From: a virus
Lineage: Duplodnaviria; Caudoviricetes
Virus record (IMG/VR): IMGVR_UViG_2908369612_000002
Location: 1-64,000 of that record
Length of the DNA: 64,000 nucleotides
Strand: one strand, 5' to 3'
How positions within the stretch are numbered: the first letter of the stretch is position 1; every line of letters starts with the position of its first letter. Under the pieces are notes generated by a model. That model saw nothing but the letters and a program-made list of their open reading frames with translations. It was not told the DNA's origin and did no database searches. The translations under genes were made by a program, and so were the position numbers. This document shows positions 1-10,032 of the stretch, in pieces.

Positions 1-1263
1 TTACATGTACTTCTTCAGTTCGCCTGATATATTTTGTTGGGCTTGTACATATCCTGAGATGTCATACCATTCATTTTCTTCATTAAAATGAATGCGTTCA
101 ACCATTGTTTCTGATTTAATTCTGGCAATCAGCTTTCCTTCATCCGCCGGAACTCTAGCCATATACGGCGTTAAAAGCTCTTCCCGCAAATATTTTTCTA
201 TATTTTCTTTAAATCTCGCAGTATCATCTTCGATTCTGGCACTGAGCATAATATGATGTTTTCCGGTTGACGGGATGAAGTCGGGCAGTTTTTGGTCTCG
301 TTTGTTGTAAGCTGTCAGAATCGGAATATCGTCTGCTTTGAGCTCCTCCAATAGCCGAATAACGGTTTTTTCATGGCCTGTGTAATCCTCGTTTGAGGAA
401 TCAATGACATGCAGAATGACATCTGCTTCCTTCACTTCCTCAAGCGTCGATCTGAATGCCGCAATTAATGTCGTCGGCAGGTCTTGTATAAACCCTACCG
501 TATCCGACAGCAGCACACTGTAGCCGCTCGGCAGCACCATTTTTCTCGTCATCGGATCAAGCGTCGCAAACAAAAGATCCTCTTCATAGCTGTCAGCGCT
601 GGTCAGACGATTGAACCAAGTGGATTTTCCGGCGTTGGTATATCCGACTAAAGCAAGCTGAAGGACTCCGTTTTTCTTTCTTCTATCCCGGTATCGGCTT
701 CTGTGTCGGGTAACCGCAGTCAATTGGGTGTTTATTTCGTGAATGCGATTTCTAATATGACGGCGGTCTGTTTCTAGCTTTGTTTCACCCGGCCCTCTTG
801 CCCCGATGCCTCCACCTTGTCTGGAGAGATTAATACCTTGTCCGCTCAGTCTTGGAAGCGCGTATTGCAGCTGGGCTAATTCTATTTGAAGTTTTCCTTC
901 TCTTGTTTTGGCCCTTTTTGCGAAAATATCCAATATTAATTGGGTGCGGTCAATGATTTTCACTTCAATGGCGGTAGCCAGCGATTTTAACTGGCTTGGC
1001 GATAGCTCGTCATTAAAAATCAAAAGATCTGCTGAGAGCTCTTCGCACAACGCTTTGAGTTCTTCTACTTTCCCCTTTCCTATATAAGTGGCTGCGTCAG
1101 CCCTGTTTCTTTTTTGCGTCACAGTGGTCAATACCGTCCCGTCTGCTGTTTTCGTAAGGGAGGCAAGCTCCGCAAGAGAATTGTTAAAATGCTCGTCTGA
1201 GATATGAGGCAGCTGGCATCCAACCAATATTGCCTTTTCTTGTATCAGTTCTTGTTCATTCAA
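1..1263 (-). CDS. hflX: GTPase HflX (YnbA), host gene
   Basis: 420 aa with GYTNAGKS P-loop, LFATLDP, DTVGF, NKRD and the [12 protein letters not shown] motif. Confidence 0.97.
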   Translation of the reverse strand: MNEQELIQEKAILVGCQLPHISDEHFNNSLAELASLTKTADGTVLTTVTQKRNRADAATYIGKGKVEELKALCEELSADLLIFNDELSPSQLKSLATAIEVKIIDRTQLILDIFAKRAKTREGKLQIELAQLQYALPRLSGQGINLSRQGGGIGARGPGETKLETDRRHIRNRIHEINTQLTAVTRHRSRYRDRRKKNGVLQLALVGYTNAGKSTWFNRLTSADSYEEDLLFATLDPMTRKMVLPSGYSVLLSDTVGFIQDLPTTLIAAFRSTLEEVKEADVILHVIDSSNEDYTGHEKTVIRLLEELKADDIPILTAYNKRDQKLPDFIPSTGKHHIMLSARIEDDTARFKENIEKYLREELLTPYMARVPADEGKLIARIKSETMVERIHFNEENEWYDISGYVQAQQNISGELKKYM

Positions 1264-1413
1264 ATGGATGTTCCTTTCTTTACGTAATGGGCAGTAGTAT
1301 TATCATACCAAACCGATCAGGCGTATACCACAAATCCCTTGATATTTCGGCTTTATATGACACATAGGCAGCTAAAAAAGAGCAAACAAACAGACCTCCC
1401 TGTGACGAGAGGT

Positions 1414-1830
1414 CTATCCTGTGCCCGGTACCTCTTCTTTTATTGTGAGATCCTGGCTTTTTATTGTCATCAAGTCGCTTTTTAAGTATTGATCTCCCAT
1501 TAAGAGCCTCATAGCTTGGGTGCGTATTGATTTTTCAATGACATTTCTCACAAATCGCCCGTTGCTGAATTTGACGGGGCTTGTTGTGCTTTTGACCGTC
1601 ATTAAGTAATCTTTTAATTTCCATTCCGCTTCCTGACTGAATTGATATTCCCTATCTGCGATCATTCGTTTCGCAATATCCATCAGCTGGGATACGGAGT
1701 AATCCGGAAAATCAATACTAATGGGAAATCGTGATTGAAGCCCGGGATTTAATGATAAAAAATGGTCCATTTCTCTTGAATATCCGGCAAGAATTAAAAT
1801 AAATTCATGCTGTTTGTCTTCCATATGCTT
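1414..1830 (-). pseudogene. spoVK: 3' part of spoVK (sporulation AAA+ ATPase), interrupted by the prophage
   Basis: KHMEDKQHEFILILAGY...SNGRFVRN matches the SpoVK C-terminal half; located upstream of hflX as in B. subtilis; similarity stops at about 1831. Confidence 0.92.
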
Positions 1831-3505
1831 GAATATGGTTTAATCTTTTATGCGAGTTTCTAAACTCCCCTCCCTGCTCGCCATTAAGAAAATCCACGTG
1901 ACTATTTTCATTGTTAAGCGAAGAGCTTTTCCACACAACTTCCATATGATCATCATCAAACAGAGTTACTTTTTCAATGAAAAAATCAAGAAATTGACGT
2001 TTTTCTTCTATTGTAATTTCATTTCTAATCATTTTAGAAAACGAACCAATATACTCGATCATTTTTTGTTTTTTATCTTCAGTTTGTTTATTTGCAGCTA
2101 ATTGGGAGTTGATTATTTTTATCTCATTTTCAATATGTTCTTTATTTTTTTCCAATGGCTGAGAAAGCTCATCGAACATACTTTCTTTAATTTTCCCTTT
2201 CCCAAAAAGAATCACATATTTTGCAATTTCATCATCTATCTCACTCAGTTGTTTTTCTAATCGACTTACTTTTGCTTTGATCTCATCAATTTTCTTTTGA
2301 TCGGACGCTTCCTCTAAAAATGATTCTAAAAATTTTTCTGGGTTCTTCATAAGTTTTATAAACCAATTCCAAAAAACTTCATCTACAATATCAACTCTCC
2401 AGTTCTTACCTTCACACGAAACAACTTTCTTACCATTCTGATACCCTTTTGCAGTCTTTGCTCTACAAGAATAATACTTATAAACACCAGATTTAGTTTT
2501 AGAGGTTATTCCTGAACCACATGCTCCTCCACAACGACCGCACTTGGCTTTACTTTTCAGCAAATAGTCTTTTGTTGCACGACTTCTCCCTTTAAAGTTC
2601 CTTTTTAACTGTTCAATAATTTGCTCTCGTGTAGCATGATCCCACAATGGGGGTATTTTTATTAAAATCCATTCTTCTTGGTCTGTCGGCACCTGTTTTT
2701 TCTCACCATTAATTTGAACAACTTTTGATTTACCGTAATAAAAGTCACCGGTATAATCTTCATTCTTCAGCATTCTACTCACGGTAGCCTGATACCATGT
2801 ATTTCCGTTTGGAGGAGCTACTCCTCTTCTTGAGAGCTCTTTTGCTATTTCATTTGAAGACATTTTCTTATTTAAAAGCATATCCTTCATTTCAAACAAA
2901 ATTTCTTTTTCCTCTTCGTTGTACTCAGGAAGATCAGTAACTGTGTTAAATTTGTACCCGTACAACCTTTTAAATGAAGGGAACTCGCCTTTTTTCGCTT
3001 TAGCCAATCTTCCTCGCTTGGAGTTCGCATGGATTTTCGCCTTATTGTACTGTGCAATCGACCCTTGAATGTTGTACATCAACATTGATTCAGGATCATG
3101 AGGGTTGACTTCAAATTCAATAAATTCTATATCAACACCCATGCCCCAAATTCTACGTGATACAACACCTTGCAAAGTATTGTCCCTTGTTAACCGATCA
3201 GGATGTAGCACAATAAACTTTTTTCCTAATCCTCTTTCTAATAAATAAAGAGCGTGATTTAGTGCCGGCCTATTTGGATCATCGCCCATTCCACCTGGTT
3301 CAACTAAAACAATTATTTCACTTTCCTTGTAACCAAATTTCTTAATGGCTCGTTCTTTACATCTTTCAATTTGTGAATCAATTGAAAATCCTTTATTAGC
3401 TTGATCAGTTGTAGACACCCTTGCATAAATAAGTGCATTTATTTTTCCTATAAGGCTCATTATTTTCTCAGTACTTAACTTTTGATCACCATTTAATATA
3501 AGCAA
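1805..3505 (-). CDS. Large serine recombinase (prophage integrase, SprA-like role)
   Basis: YARVST catalytic motif, RPAL, DRL, recombinase domain, CGRCG...YYSC zinc ribbon and coiled coil. Confidence 0.95.
   Translation of the reverse strand: MLILNGDQKLSTEKIMSLIGKINALIYARVSTTDQANKGFSIDSQIERCKERAIKKFGYKESEIIVLVEPGGMGDDPNRPALNHALYLLERGLGKKFIVLHPDRLTRDNTLQGVVSRRIWGMGVDIEFIEFEVNPHDPESMLMYNIQGSIAQYNKAKIHANSKRGRLAKAKKGEFPSFKRLYGYKFNTVTDLPEYNEEEKEILFEMKDMLLNKKMSSNEIAKELSRRGVAPPNGNTWYQATVSRMLKNEDYTGDFYYGKSKVVQINGEKKQVPTDQEEWILIKIPPLWDHATREQIIEQLKRNFKGRSRATKDYLLKSKAKCGRCGGACGSGITSKTKSGVYKYYSCRAKTAKGYQNGKKVVSCEGKNWRVDIVDEVFWNWFIKLMKNPEKFLESFLEEASDQKKIDEIKAKVSRLEKQLSEIDDEIAKYVILFGKGKIKESMFDELSQPLEKNKEHIENEIKIINSQLAANKQTEDKKQKMIEYIGSFSKMIRNEITIEEKRQFLDFFIEKVTLFDDDHMEVVWKSSSLNNENSHVDFLNGEQGGEFRNSHKRLNHIQAYGRQTA
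1826..1836. other. Approximate prophage attachment junction inside spoVK
   Basis: The spoVK frame (AAG CAT ATG GAA) begins at 1830; sequence to the right is AT-rich integrase coding sequence. Confidence 0.7.
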
Positions 3506-3554
3506 TAAATGATCAACCTCCAGAATGTTTTATCTTTTATGTTTCTATATGTTA

Positions 3555-3587
3555 ACAAGTATACCATCGTTAAGACGGTATACTTGT
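3555..3587. promoter_or_regulatory. 11-bp inverted repeat upstream of the integrase (terminator or operator)
   Basis: ACAAGTATACC-N11-GGTATACTTGT. Confidence 0.55.
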
Positions 3588-3591
3588 GGTT

Positions 3592-3738
3592 TCAGGCTTT
3601 TTTGTACTTGTACATTAAAGTAGCTGCAAAATCATAAAATTCCTTAGATGATATCACCTCATTAACCCAGTTTTCCACATCCTTATTTATGTCTGTGGTT
3701 ACTTTATAGTTCTCTGCGCATTCTCTTCGTTTGCTCAT
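3592..3738 (-). CDS. 48-aa protein, candidate recombination directionality factor
   Basis: MSKRRECAENYKVTTDINKDVENWVNEVISSKEFYDFAATLMYKYKKA; ATGA overlap with the upstream gene; occupies the sprB position after yotM. Confidence 0.55.
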   Translation of the reverse strand: MSKRRECAENYKVTTDINKDVENWVNEVISSKEFYDFAATLMYKYKKA

Positions 3739-4334
3739 TGATGTACCACTCCCATAGATGACTTGTCATCAATGTATGAATTAAGTGGGTTGTCCAATAA
3801 CTTGGATTTCTTTATCAAATCATCGCAAAGATTATTCAAATAATATGTATAATTCACTTTCTTTTTCATCCAGCGTACTTCAGTTCCAATCTCTTCACAT
3901 ATTGCAACTGGGATACTAGACTTGTTAACTTTGTGCTTATATGTATGTTCCAACTGTTTTTCAACTATGTTTTTGTATTCTAAGAAATCATTAATATGTA
4001 CGAAATAAACCTTATTCTCAGGCTCTCTAAATTGAAACAGAAAGCCAGGGATTATGTTTGGGTATTGAGTTGCTTCTTTTAAGTATTTAATCTGTTGTGC
4101 TTTTATAATCTTTTCACTGAAGGAAATGGATTTGTTCTTCGTTGATTTAAGCTCAAAAGGGAACAAGTACCCCTTAAAGTGCAGGAAGCAATCATATTTA
4201 TTTTTTGATACTGCAGCTCCCCCTTTCAAAAACATCGGATTAACATCTTTAATCCTGTAGAAGAACAACTTTTGATCACCAGCAGATTTTTCAATGTTCG
4301 CTTCAAAAACTTTCCCTTGATTTGTTGTTGCCAA
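3735..4334 (-). CDS. yotM: RecU-like Holliday junction resolvase (YotM-like)
   Basis: NQGKVFE, D...FELKST PD-(D/E)XK pattern; position in the prophage. Confidence 0.8.
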   Translation of the reverse strand: MATTNQGKVFEANIEKSAGDQKLFFYRIKDVNPMFLKGGAAVSKNKYDCFLHFKGYLFPFELKSTKNKSISFSEKIIKAQQIKYLKEATQYPNIIPGFLFQFREPENKVYFVHINDFLEYKNIVEKQLEHTYKHKVNKSSIPVAICEEIGTEVRWMKKKVNYTYYLNNLCDDLIKKSKLLDNPLNSYIDDKSSMGVVHQ

Positions 4335-4430
4335 TCAATCACTCTCCTAATATATATTGAAGGTAAAATATGGATATGTTATTATTGGATTTGCATTAGT
4401 GTTATGAATGTTAATAATCTGGGAAGGTTG

Positions 4431-4589
4431 ATGAATATGAACCTTTATTTAGTTCCAGCGCTTGTTATTTCACTTTGCCTGAATGTTGTTTTATATATTC
4501 AATTAGCAAAGAATAAAACTGCTGAATCCACTAAAATAAGATTGAAAGAAAGGATAGGACTTAACAATCCCTTAACCGCTTTGATTTAG
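4431..4589 (+). CDS. Small single-TM protein
   Basis: MNMNLYLVPALVISLCLNVVLYIQLAK... hydrophobic N-terminus and basic tail after GGAAGG. Confidence 0.4.
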   Translation: MNMNLYLVPALVISLCLNVVLYIQLAKNKTAESTKIRLKERIGLNNPLTALI

Positions 4590-4724
4590 GCTTTTCTTTG
4601 CATTTCAATAGTGTTAAGTCTCTTTGGCTTATTAGTTGGAATTTTCAATTCATAAAGCACTTGACTAATCCTCTAATTTTATTTTTATTCTTTTTAACCT
4701 TGCTTATAAATTGATTTTTGATTA

Positions 4725-5201
4725 CTAATCCAATTTATAAATCGTCACCTTGTAATCACTAAAGATACTATCAATAAGCTCAGATACGATGTTCCAATCG
4801 CCGCCCGCTAAGCCACACCCAATGCCATATGGAATTGCAACTGATTTATTTAGCTGTTTGGACAACTCTTTCACTTCTTTTAATCCTCTTGTTAAAGCTT
4901 CTGTCTTTGTGTATACAGTTTTATCAAAGCGATTTTTCTTAATTTCAATCTGACCGAACACATTAGCAATGACCTTACCATCAGTGACTCGAACATAATT
5001 GACCAATCCTAATAAATCTTTATCTGTTAATCCTTTGTTTAAGTTAAAGTTTCTAAAAGACTGATATTCACTTTTTACATTTGGATATCTTTTCAGAATA
5101 GCCTTAGCTAATCCTGCGCCCATAACACCTTTACAGTTTACTTGTTGAACAATTATATCTTCAGTTGCATCTAGAATATTGCCTTTTACGATTTTGATCA
5201 T
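4725..5201 (-). CDS. Macrodomain protein (DarG/TARG1-like ADP-ribosylglycohydrolase)
   Basis: GNIL..IVQQVNCKGVMGAGLA and AIPYGIGCGLAGGDW motifs. Confidence 0.88.
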   Translation of the reverse strand: MIKIVKGNILDATEDIIVQQVNCKGVMGAGLAKAILKRYPNVKSEYQSFRNFNLNKGLTDKDLLGLVNYVRVTDGKVIANVFGQIEIKKNRFDKTVYTKTEALTRGLKEVKELSKQLNKSVAIPYGIGCGLAGGDWNIVSELIDSIFSDYKVTIYKLD

Positions 5202-5252
5202 ATATCTGCTCCTTTCTCATAAAAGACCGATTTTATTCAGTTCCTATTTGCA

Positions 5253-5615
5253 TTAATCTAGATAAACAACTTCTTTTACAATTGGAAATGGATTATTGAT
5301 GCTTTCACTTAAATGTGAAACTATTTTAGTTACGTCTTTTGATGTTGCAACGTGAACTGCCTTATTAATTTTAAAATTGAATTCATTTTTGTTTAAGAGT
5401 CGTTTACCTTCTGAAAATAAATCTATTGAGCTAACCGTATAATCACACTTTCCATTTTTTCCATACGGATTAAAGTATTTCACAAAATAACATCTATTCA
5501 ATTCCTTACTTTCGGATAAAACAATGTCAAATTCTACGTCCCAAACAAACGTGTTAATCTTAGAATGGTAAACTAAATCATGGATAGCTTCTGTATCTTT
5601 AAAAATTTCAATCAT
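5253..5615 (-). CDS. yotI: DSAD1 (YotI), inhibitor of the DSR2 NADase defence system
   Basis: 120 aa [31 protein letters not shown]...[12 protein letters not shown], close to the SPbeta DSAD1 sequence as I recall it. Confidence 0.85.
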   Translation of the reverse strand: MIEIFKDTEAIHDLVYHSKINTFVWDVEFDIVLSESKELNRCYFVKYFNPYGKNGKCDYTVSSIDLFSEGKRLLNKNEFNFKINKAVHVATSKDVTKIVSHLSESINNPFPIVKEVVYLD

Positions 5616-5782
5616 TGAAACAACCCTCCCCAGATCACCCCCGCTGCAATAGCAACAATAAATACTGAAACAAATTTCAATGCACCAATATACACTGCAA
5701 ATTTAATATCCCCTTGGGAATCAATATTTGCTAACAACACAAGCCCAAATGCAACTAACAAAATCCATGCTGTAACAATCAA
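5612..5782 (-). CDS. Small two-TM membrane protein (YotH-like)
   Basis: TTG start with RBS, 56 hydrophobic aa, ATGA overlap with DSAD1. Confidence 0.6.
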   Translation of the reverse strand: MIVTAWILLVAFGLVLLANIDSQGDIKFAVYIGALKFVSVFIVAIAAGVIWGGLFQ

Positions 5783-5818
5783 TCTGTTTCCACCTTTCTA
5801 AATGAAATCAACATTTTA

Positions 5819-5974
5819 TTAAGTTTCTATCACTTCATAATCTTTACTCTTTAACAACACTACTTCATTCCTACCATTCTCAAATGGTACTCTAACAATA
5901 GCTCTTTCATAACGATAACCTTCAATTACATGAAAATCTGCAAAGTGACCTTCAATGATTTTAATAGCGGTTAT
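5819..5974 (-). CDS. 51-aa hypothetical protein with an ATA start
   Basis: Open frame ITAIKIIEGHF...EVIET after RBS AAAGGAGG. Confidence 0.45.
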   Translation of the reverse strand: MTAIKIIEGHFADFHVIEGYRYERAIVRVPFENGRNEVVLLKSKDYEVIET

Positions 5975-6028
5975 ATTATTATTCCCTCCTTTACAAAATA
6001 AAAATTTGAAAGCCTTTATACTGCTCTT

Positions 6029-6142
6029 TTAAATGCTGCTATCTATTTCTTCAATATCGTTTCCTTCGCATTTTGGACAATCAAAATCTGTTTCATCACC
6101 AGTCCAAGCGTAGCCACAATCATTACATTGCCATTGTTTCAT
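6029..6142 (-). CDS. 37-aa rubredoxin-like zinc-ribbon protein
   Basis: MKQWQCNDCG...DCPKCEG, RBS GAGGTG. Confidence 0.65.
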   Translation of the reverse strand: MKQWQCNDCGYAWTGDETDFDCPKCEGNDIEEIDSSI

Positions 6143-6186
6143 ATCTTTCACCTCTGAATAAAATTAGAATTTCATTTGCTTTTGAG

Positions 6187-6405
6187 TCAGTTTTTAAATA
6201 ACCTTCCTGGTATTAAATAGACCCAGTCTAAATTGATACGCCCAACAACTTCTTCCTTACCATTAACTAACTGAGTACCATTTGAATTTTCAATCGTCAA
6301 TTTTGCAGTCTCTGCCTCTATTTTGGAATAATATGAATAAGCCATTGGTACTTCATCATGATCTTTATACACGACTGTCCATACATCAGTTGATTTTTTC
6401 TTCAC
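6187..6405 (-). CDS. Hypothetical phage protein
   Basis: 72-aa ORF with RBS GAGGTG. Confidence 0.55.
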   Translation of the reverse strand: MKKKSTDVWTVVYKDHDEVPMAYSYYSKIEAETAKLTIENSNGTQLVNGKEEVVGRINLDWVYLIPGRLFKN

Positions 6406-6414
6406 GGTCTCACC

Positions 6415-7242
6415 TCAAATTTCAAATGTCTTTAATTCAAAAGTTTTATATGAATCTACTTCTCTATCTGGTATTACATTGACAGTTGGGTATTTATCAT
6501 AGTCGTATGGGTACCCAATACAATTCATGTGAAAGCTGGTATCCTCCTTAACAAACTCAGCTTGCAAATGATCATGGCCACAAATCCAATGTTTTGTGTT
6601 AATGAACGGCACTTCAACCATATAGCATGTATTAGGCTCGAATGGTGAATATGGATTGTGAACCGGTGGAACATGTGAAACAAATACATCAACTTGTGTC
6701 TTTTCAAGCGTTTCATACCAATCCATTGATTCTTTCCACATTGCTCTTACTCCATCTTCTTTGTTGTAGCCATTAATACAAATGTAATTTGAATCATTAG
6801 AGACTCCTTTAAAGAAGTCCCATCCTTCAATTCCTTTTGGCAGGTACCACATAACATCTCCTGCGAAGACTTTCCCTTTGTATGTGTCAGTTGATTTAAT
6901 CAGTGGAGTTACATTCTTGATGTTGGCAGCCTTCTTAATTAAATCGTTCACCCTTCCCAATGAATCGGAAAATTTTCGCTGCTGATTTTTGCTGAGTAAA
7001 TAAAGATCATGATTTCCATATGTAAAGTAAACCTTGTCATAATGCTTGGCTACTTCATCAAGAACCCACAGTGTTTGCTGATTCCATTCAGTGAAGTCGC
7101 CGGCAATGATTAATATTTCTCCATTTCCATTAGATATTAGCCTTCTAATAATCTCCCTTGTCCGCTTCTCCCATTTGATTTGGTTGTTGTTCCAAGGTAT
7201 CCAATGGTTAATATGGAGGTCAGAAACGTAATCAATTTTCAT
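6415..7242 (-). CDS. yotB: Calcineurin-like metallophosphoesterase (YotB-like)
   Basis: SDLH, AGD, GNHD, SH and GHDH motifs. Confidence 0.85.
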   Translation of the reverse strand: MKIDYVSDLHINHWIPWNNNQIKWEKRTREIIRRLISNGNGEILIIAGDFTEWNQQTLWVLDEVAKHYDKVYFTYGNHDLYLLSKNQQRKFSDSLGRVNDLIKKAANIKNVTPLIKSTDTYKGKVFAGDVMWYLPKGIEGWDFFKGVSNDSNYICINGYNKEDGVRAMWKESMDWYETLEKTQVDVFVSHVPPVHNPYSPFEPNTCYMVEVPFINTKHWICGHDHLQAEFVKEDTSFHMNCIGYPYDYDKYPTVNVIPDREVDSYKTFELKTFEI

Positions 7243-7320
7243 ATTGTCCTCCTTCCATTAAACATTAGTATTAAAGAAATCAATTACTCATCCTCGACCA
7301 ATAGTCATTTGAAATCAAAT

Positions 7321-7349
7321 GCATAATCTCAGAAAAACTCTCCATAATA
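7321..7349 (+). promoter_or_regulatory. SigG-type forespore promoter of sspC
   Basis: GCATA-N17-CATAATA upstream of the SASP gene. Confidence 0.6.
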
Positions 7350-7393
7350 TGATCGAACAAGCTTGTTTACATATTAATTTAGGAGATGATCAC

Positions 7394-7612
7394 ATGCCTC
7401 AACAAAACAGATCAAGATCAAACAATAATAATGAGTTAGTTGTACCGCAAGCTGCGTCAGCAATTGAACAAATGAAATTCGAAATAGCTCAAGAGTTTGG
7501 TGTTCAATTAGGGGCCGAGACTACTTCTAGAGCTAATGGTTCAGTTGGTGGAGAAATCACAAAACGTTTAGTTCGCTTAGCGCAACAGAACATGGGCGGT
7601 CAATTTCATTAA
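7394..7612 (+). CDS. sspC: alpha/beta-type small acid-soluble spore protein
   Basis: [10 protein letters not shown] and [17 protein letters not shown] signatures; 72 aa from ATG at 7394. Confidence 0.93.
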   Translation: MPQQNRSRSNNNNELVVPQAASAIEQMKFEIAQEFGVQLGAETTSRANGSVGGEITKRLVRLAQQNMGGQFH

Positions 7613-7646
7613 TGTAGGGTTGAGGGGGTTTCCCTCTCTATCCCTT

Positions 7647-7862
7647 TTATTTAGTGCACATGACAGTTGTTTGCTTACGCCTAGCTAACTCGTCTAAAAT
7701 GTCTTGATGCTTTCTCGTTTGGTCTTCAATATAAGTCTGATTGTTACTATGTAATCCGTCATTAATTCTATTTTCTGTATCGTTTTTCACTCTCTCTAGA
7801 TTTTCCAGAGACAATTTCATCAGACCAAACTTAAATAATAAGCTCATTCTAATTCCCTCCAT
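7647..7862 (-). CDS. Hypothetical phage protein
   Basis: ORF; the start is probably at the internal MSLL codon. Confidence 0.5.
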   Translation of the reverse strand: MEGIRMSLLFKFGLMKLSLENLERVKNDTENRINDGLHSNNQTYIEDQTRKHQDILDELARRKQTTVMCTK

Positions 7863-8017
7863 AAAAACAGATTAATATTACGAAAATCCAAAAGATTCCC
7901 CCAGATACTGCAAGAAAACCTTTTGCAATATGTATGAAGTCATGAAGGTCATTCTTTAACGACTCTTTCACTTAATCACCTTTATCTTTAAAATACAGAT
8001 TTTATTTAATAATCACT

Positions 8018-8227
8018 TTACTGAACATTTTTTTCACTTATTTCAATTTCACAGTCTTCCTTAAAAACTACACAAAATTTCATTCTTATGTCGTCTTCAG
8101 TTGTGTACCAAGTTTTAACCAAATATGCTTCTTGTATAAAATCCTCTTCTGCTATTTCATAAACATGGCCTACAAAACTTTTATACCATCCATGCCCCTT
8201 AATAATCCGTAATTTTTCTTGTTTCAT
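8018..8227 (-). CDS. Hypothetical phage protein
   Basis: 69-aa ORF with RBS GGAGG. Confidence 0.6.
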   Translation of the reverse strand: MKQEKLRIIKGHGWYKSFVGHVYEIAEEDFIQEAYLVKTWYTTEDDIRMKFCVVFKEDCEIEISEKNVQ

Positions 8228-8422
8228 TTATTCGTCCTCCTCTTCATTTAGGTATAAACCGATCTCATCGTATATCGGGAAATAATCCATATTCCATTCG
8301 CAGAAAACGTCTTGTGATTTCGATAATAGTTCGTTTGCCTTCGCTAACTCCCCCTTTAACCGCTCATTCTCGCCAATTAAATCAGCTACAGTACAACGTA
8401 ATTCCTTAACTTCTTCTGTCAT
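8228..8422 (-). CDS. Hypothetical coiled-coil protein
   Basis: 64-aa ORF translationally coupled to its neighbours. Confidence 0.6.
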   Translation of the reverse strand: MTEEVKELRCTVADLIGENERLKGELAKANELLSKSQDVFCEWNMDYFPIYDEIGLYLNEEEDE

Positions 8423-9450
8423 TTGCCCACCTCTTCACGTGAGTCGTCGATGATTTTGACATGCCAACGAGTTCCTTGTTTATTAATATCTTTTTGTACA
8501 CTAACCACATCGCAGTCTTTTACCTTGTGTTTAAATCTTAATACTCCTTCCCTAAGTGTTTGCACTACGTCGCCCACACGAACCTCTGTCGGCTGCGGCG
8601 TGTTCAAGTATTCGTCCGGCACTGCCAAGCCTAGCGTACGTCTTAGCGCGATCGCACGACCAATATGAACGTTGAAGCAGTCGGACGGTGCGGCTTTGGC
8701 GATTCCCCTTGCGTAGACCTCACCGGTATACTCACCTTTAATTAACCCAACAACGGTACGTTTATTACGATTAACAATGAGATCAACAACGCAATCTAAT
8801 TGGTTATCCCTGACCAATTCCGCAACGTCCGCCTTCGCCTGCTCAACGATTTCATCACGCCGGGCTTGGGCGAACTTTTCCGGCAGATTCTTAACTCTCG
8901 GCTTTAATAGCGTACTATCCTGAACTATCAGGACATTTTCGTTAACATTTGCGTAATTCATAACGAACTCTTCCGAATAAACTCCACCCAACACAATATC
9001 TCCGAACCTCGATTTATATCCGAGATATTGTCCGTTGTTCTTTTCGAATACCGTATATGCATAATCGATCACCGTTTGTCTTACGTTTTCCATTCCATCA
9101 GCTTCCTCGTTTTTAACTTCATAATTTACGATGACTTCGTATTCATTATGAAATAGCGCTAAAGAGCGTCCAATAACCGATACTCCGTCCGAATATATCT
9201 GCCTGACTTCGTACTCCTTCCCGTTCTCATACGCCTGTGGATCTCCTGTATCTGTAATCAACACACGGTCGCCAACTGCCGCCAGCCGCTTTTCTGTTAA
9301 GATGATTTCAGCGTCACTTTTTCGAACGTATAACCCCCCATCAGGACTATCGATTTTATACGACGTCCCTAACGAAGGGAAAATACGACCCGTCTTATCA
9401 CCGTACTTACTAATGTTCCTTACAATCCGCACATACTTTTTCGTTTTCAT
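8419..9450 (-). CDS. Hypothetical multidomain phage protein (higher-GC segment)
   Basis: Long ORF, probable start MKTKKY; contains the phage-type G.AK..P.D.FN..IG..IAL.R motif. Confidence 0.65.
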   Translation of the reverse strand: MKTKKYVRIVRNISKYGDKTGRIFPSLGTSYKIDSPDGGLYVRKSDAEIILTEKRLAAVGDRVLITDTGDPQAYENGKEYEVRQIYSDGVSVIGRSLALFHNEYEVIVNYEVKNEEADGMENVRQTVIDYAYTVFEKNNGQYLGYKSRFGDIVLGGVYSEEFVMNYANVNENVLIVQDSTLLKPRVKNLPEKFAQARRDEIVEQAKADVAELVRDNQLDCVVDLIVNRNKRTVVGLIKGEYTGEVYARGIAKAAPSDCFNVHIGRAIALRRTLGLAVPDEYLNTPQPTEVRVGDVVQTLREGVLRFKHKVKDCDVVSVQKDINKQGTRWHVKIIDDSREEVGK

Positions 9451-9793
9451 TAAATCTCCCTTTTCCCTCATTTTCTTTAACCCTCTCATCAATCTCTTCA
9501 ATAAACTCATCTAATTTTTCTTCATCAACTTTAACTCTTTTGTTTTTAATTGAAACAATACTTTTCATTCGATCATCCATTAATCTAAACTCTTTGGCTT
9601 GGTTCACTGAAAACATTGCACGATGTTTCTTTATGTATAGAAGAAAGTCTTTCATTATTCCTAACTCAACGATGTTATTTAAGTTTTGGTATTCATTTTC
9701 AATTTCTAGCTTGAGTAATTCCGCTTCCTTTTCCAAAGCTTCAAGTTCTAATTGTTCCTTCTTTATTAGTAGCTCTTCTTCCGTTTGTTTCAA
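9410..9793 (-). CDS. Hypothetical coiled-coil protein
   Basis: RBS AAGGAGGTGA and a TTG start. Confidence 0.6.
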   Translation of the reverse strand: MKQTEEELLIKKEQLELEALEKEAELLKLEIENEYQNLNNIVELGIMKDFLLYIKKHRAMFSVNQAKEFRLMDDRMKSIVSIKNKRVKVDEEKLDEFIEEIDERVKENEGKGRFNENEKVCADCKEH

Positions 9794-9920
9794 TCACTCA
9801 CCTCCTTAAAATCTAAATAAAATATTAGTTTTAACCAAACTTTTAGTTATTCTTATTTTTTATTTTTGTCGATTTGTTTCTCATTTAAAATTAAAAAGAT
9901 TAGGTTAATACCCTACTCAT

Positions 9921-9949
9921 ATATTATACTTATTTTTTATATTTGTCTA
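9921..9949 (-). promoter_or_regulatory. Repeated phage promoter/operator (SPBRE-like)
   Basis: TAGACA-aatataaaaaataagta-TAATAT on the - strand. Confidence 0.7.
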
Positions 9950-10032
9950 TAAGAGATTTAAATTTTTCGTATGTTATATAATCTGATGGCCAATGGCCAA
10001 TGATTTATTAGAGCAAACAATTAGAGGCAGCA

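Noticed and set aside
9986-10002. Short tandem repeat ATGGCCAATGGCCAATG
   Set aside because: Only two 7-bp units with no supporting context.
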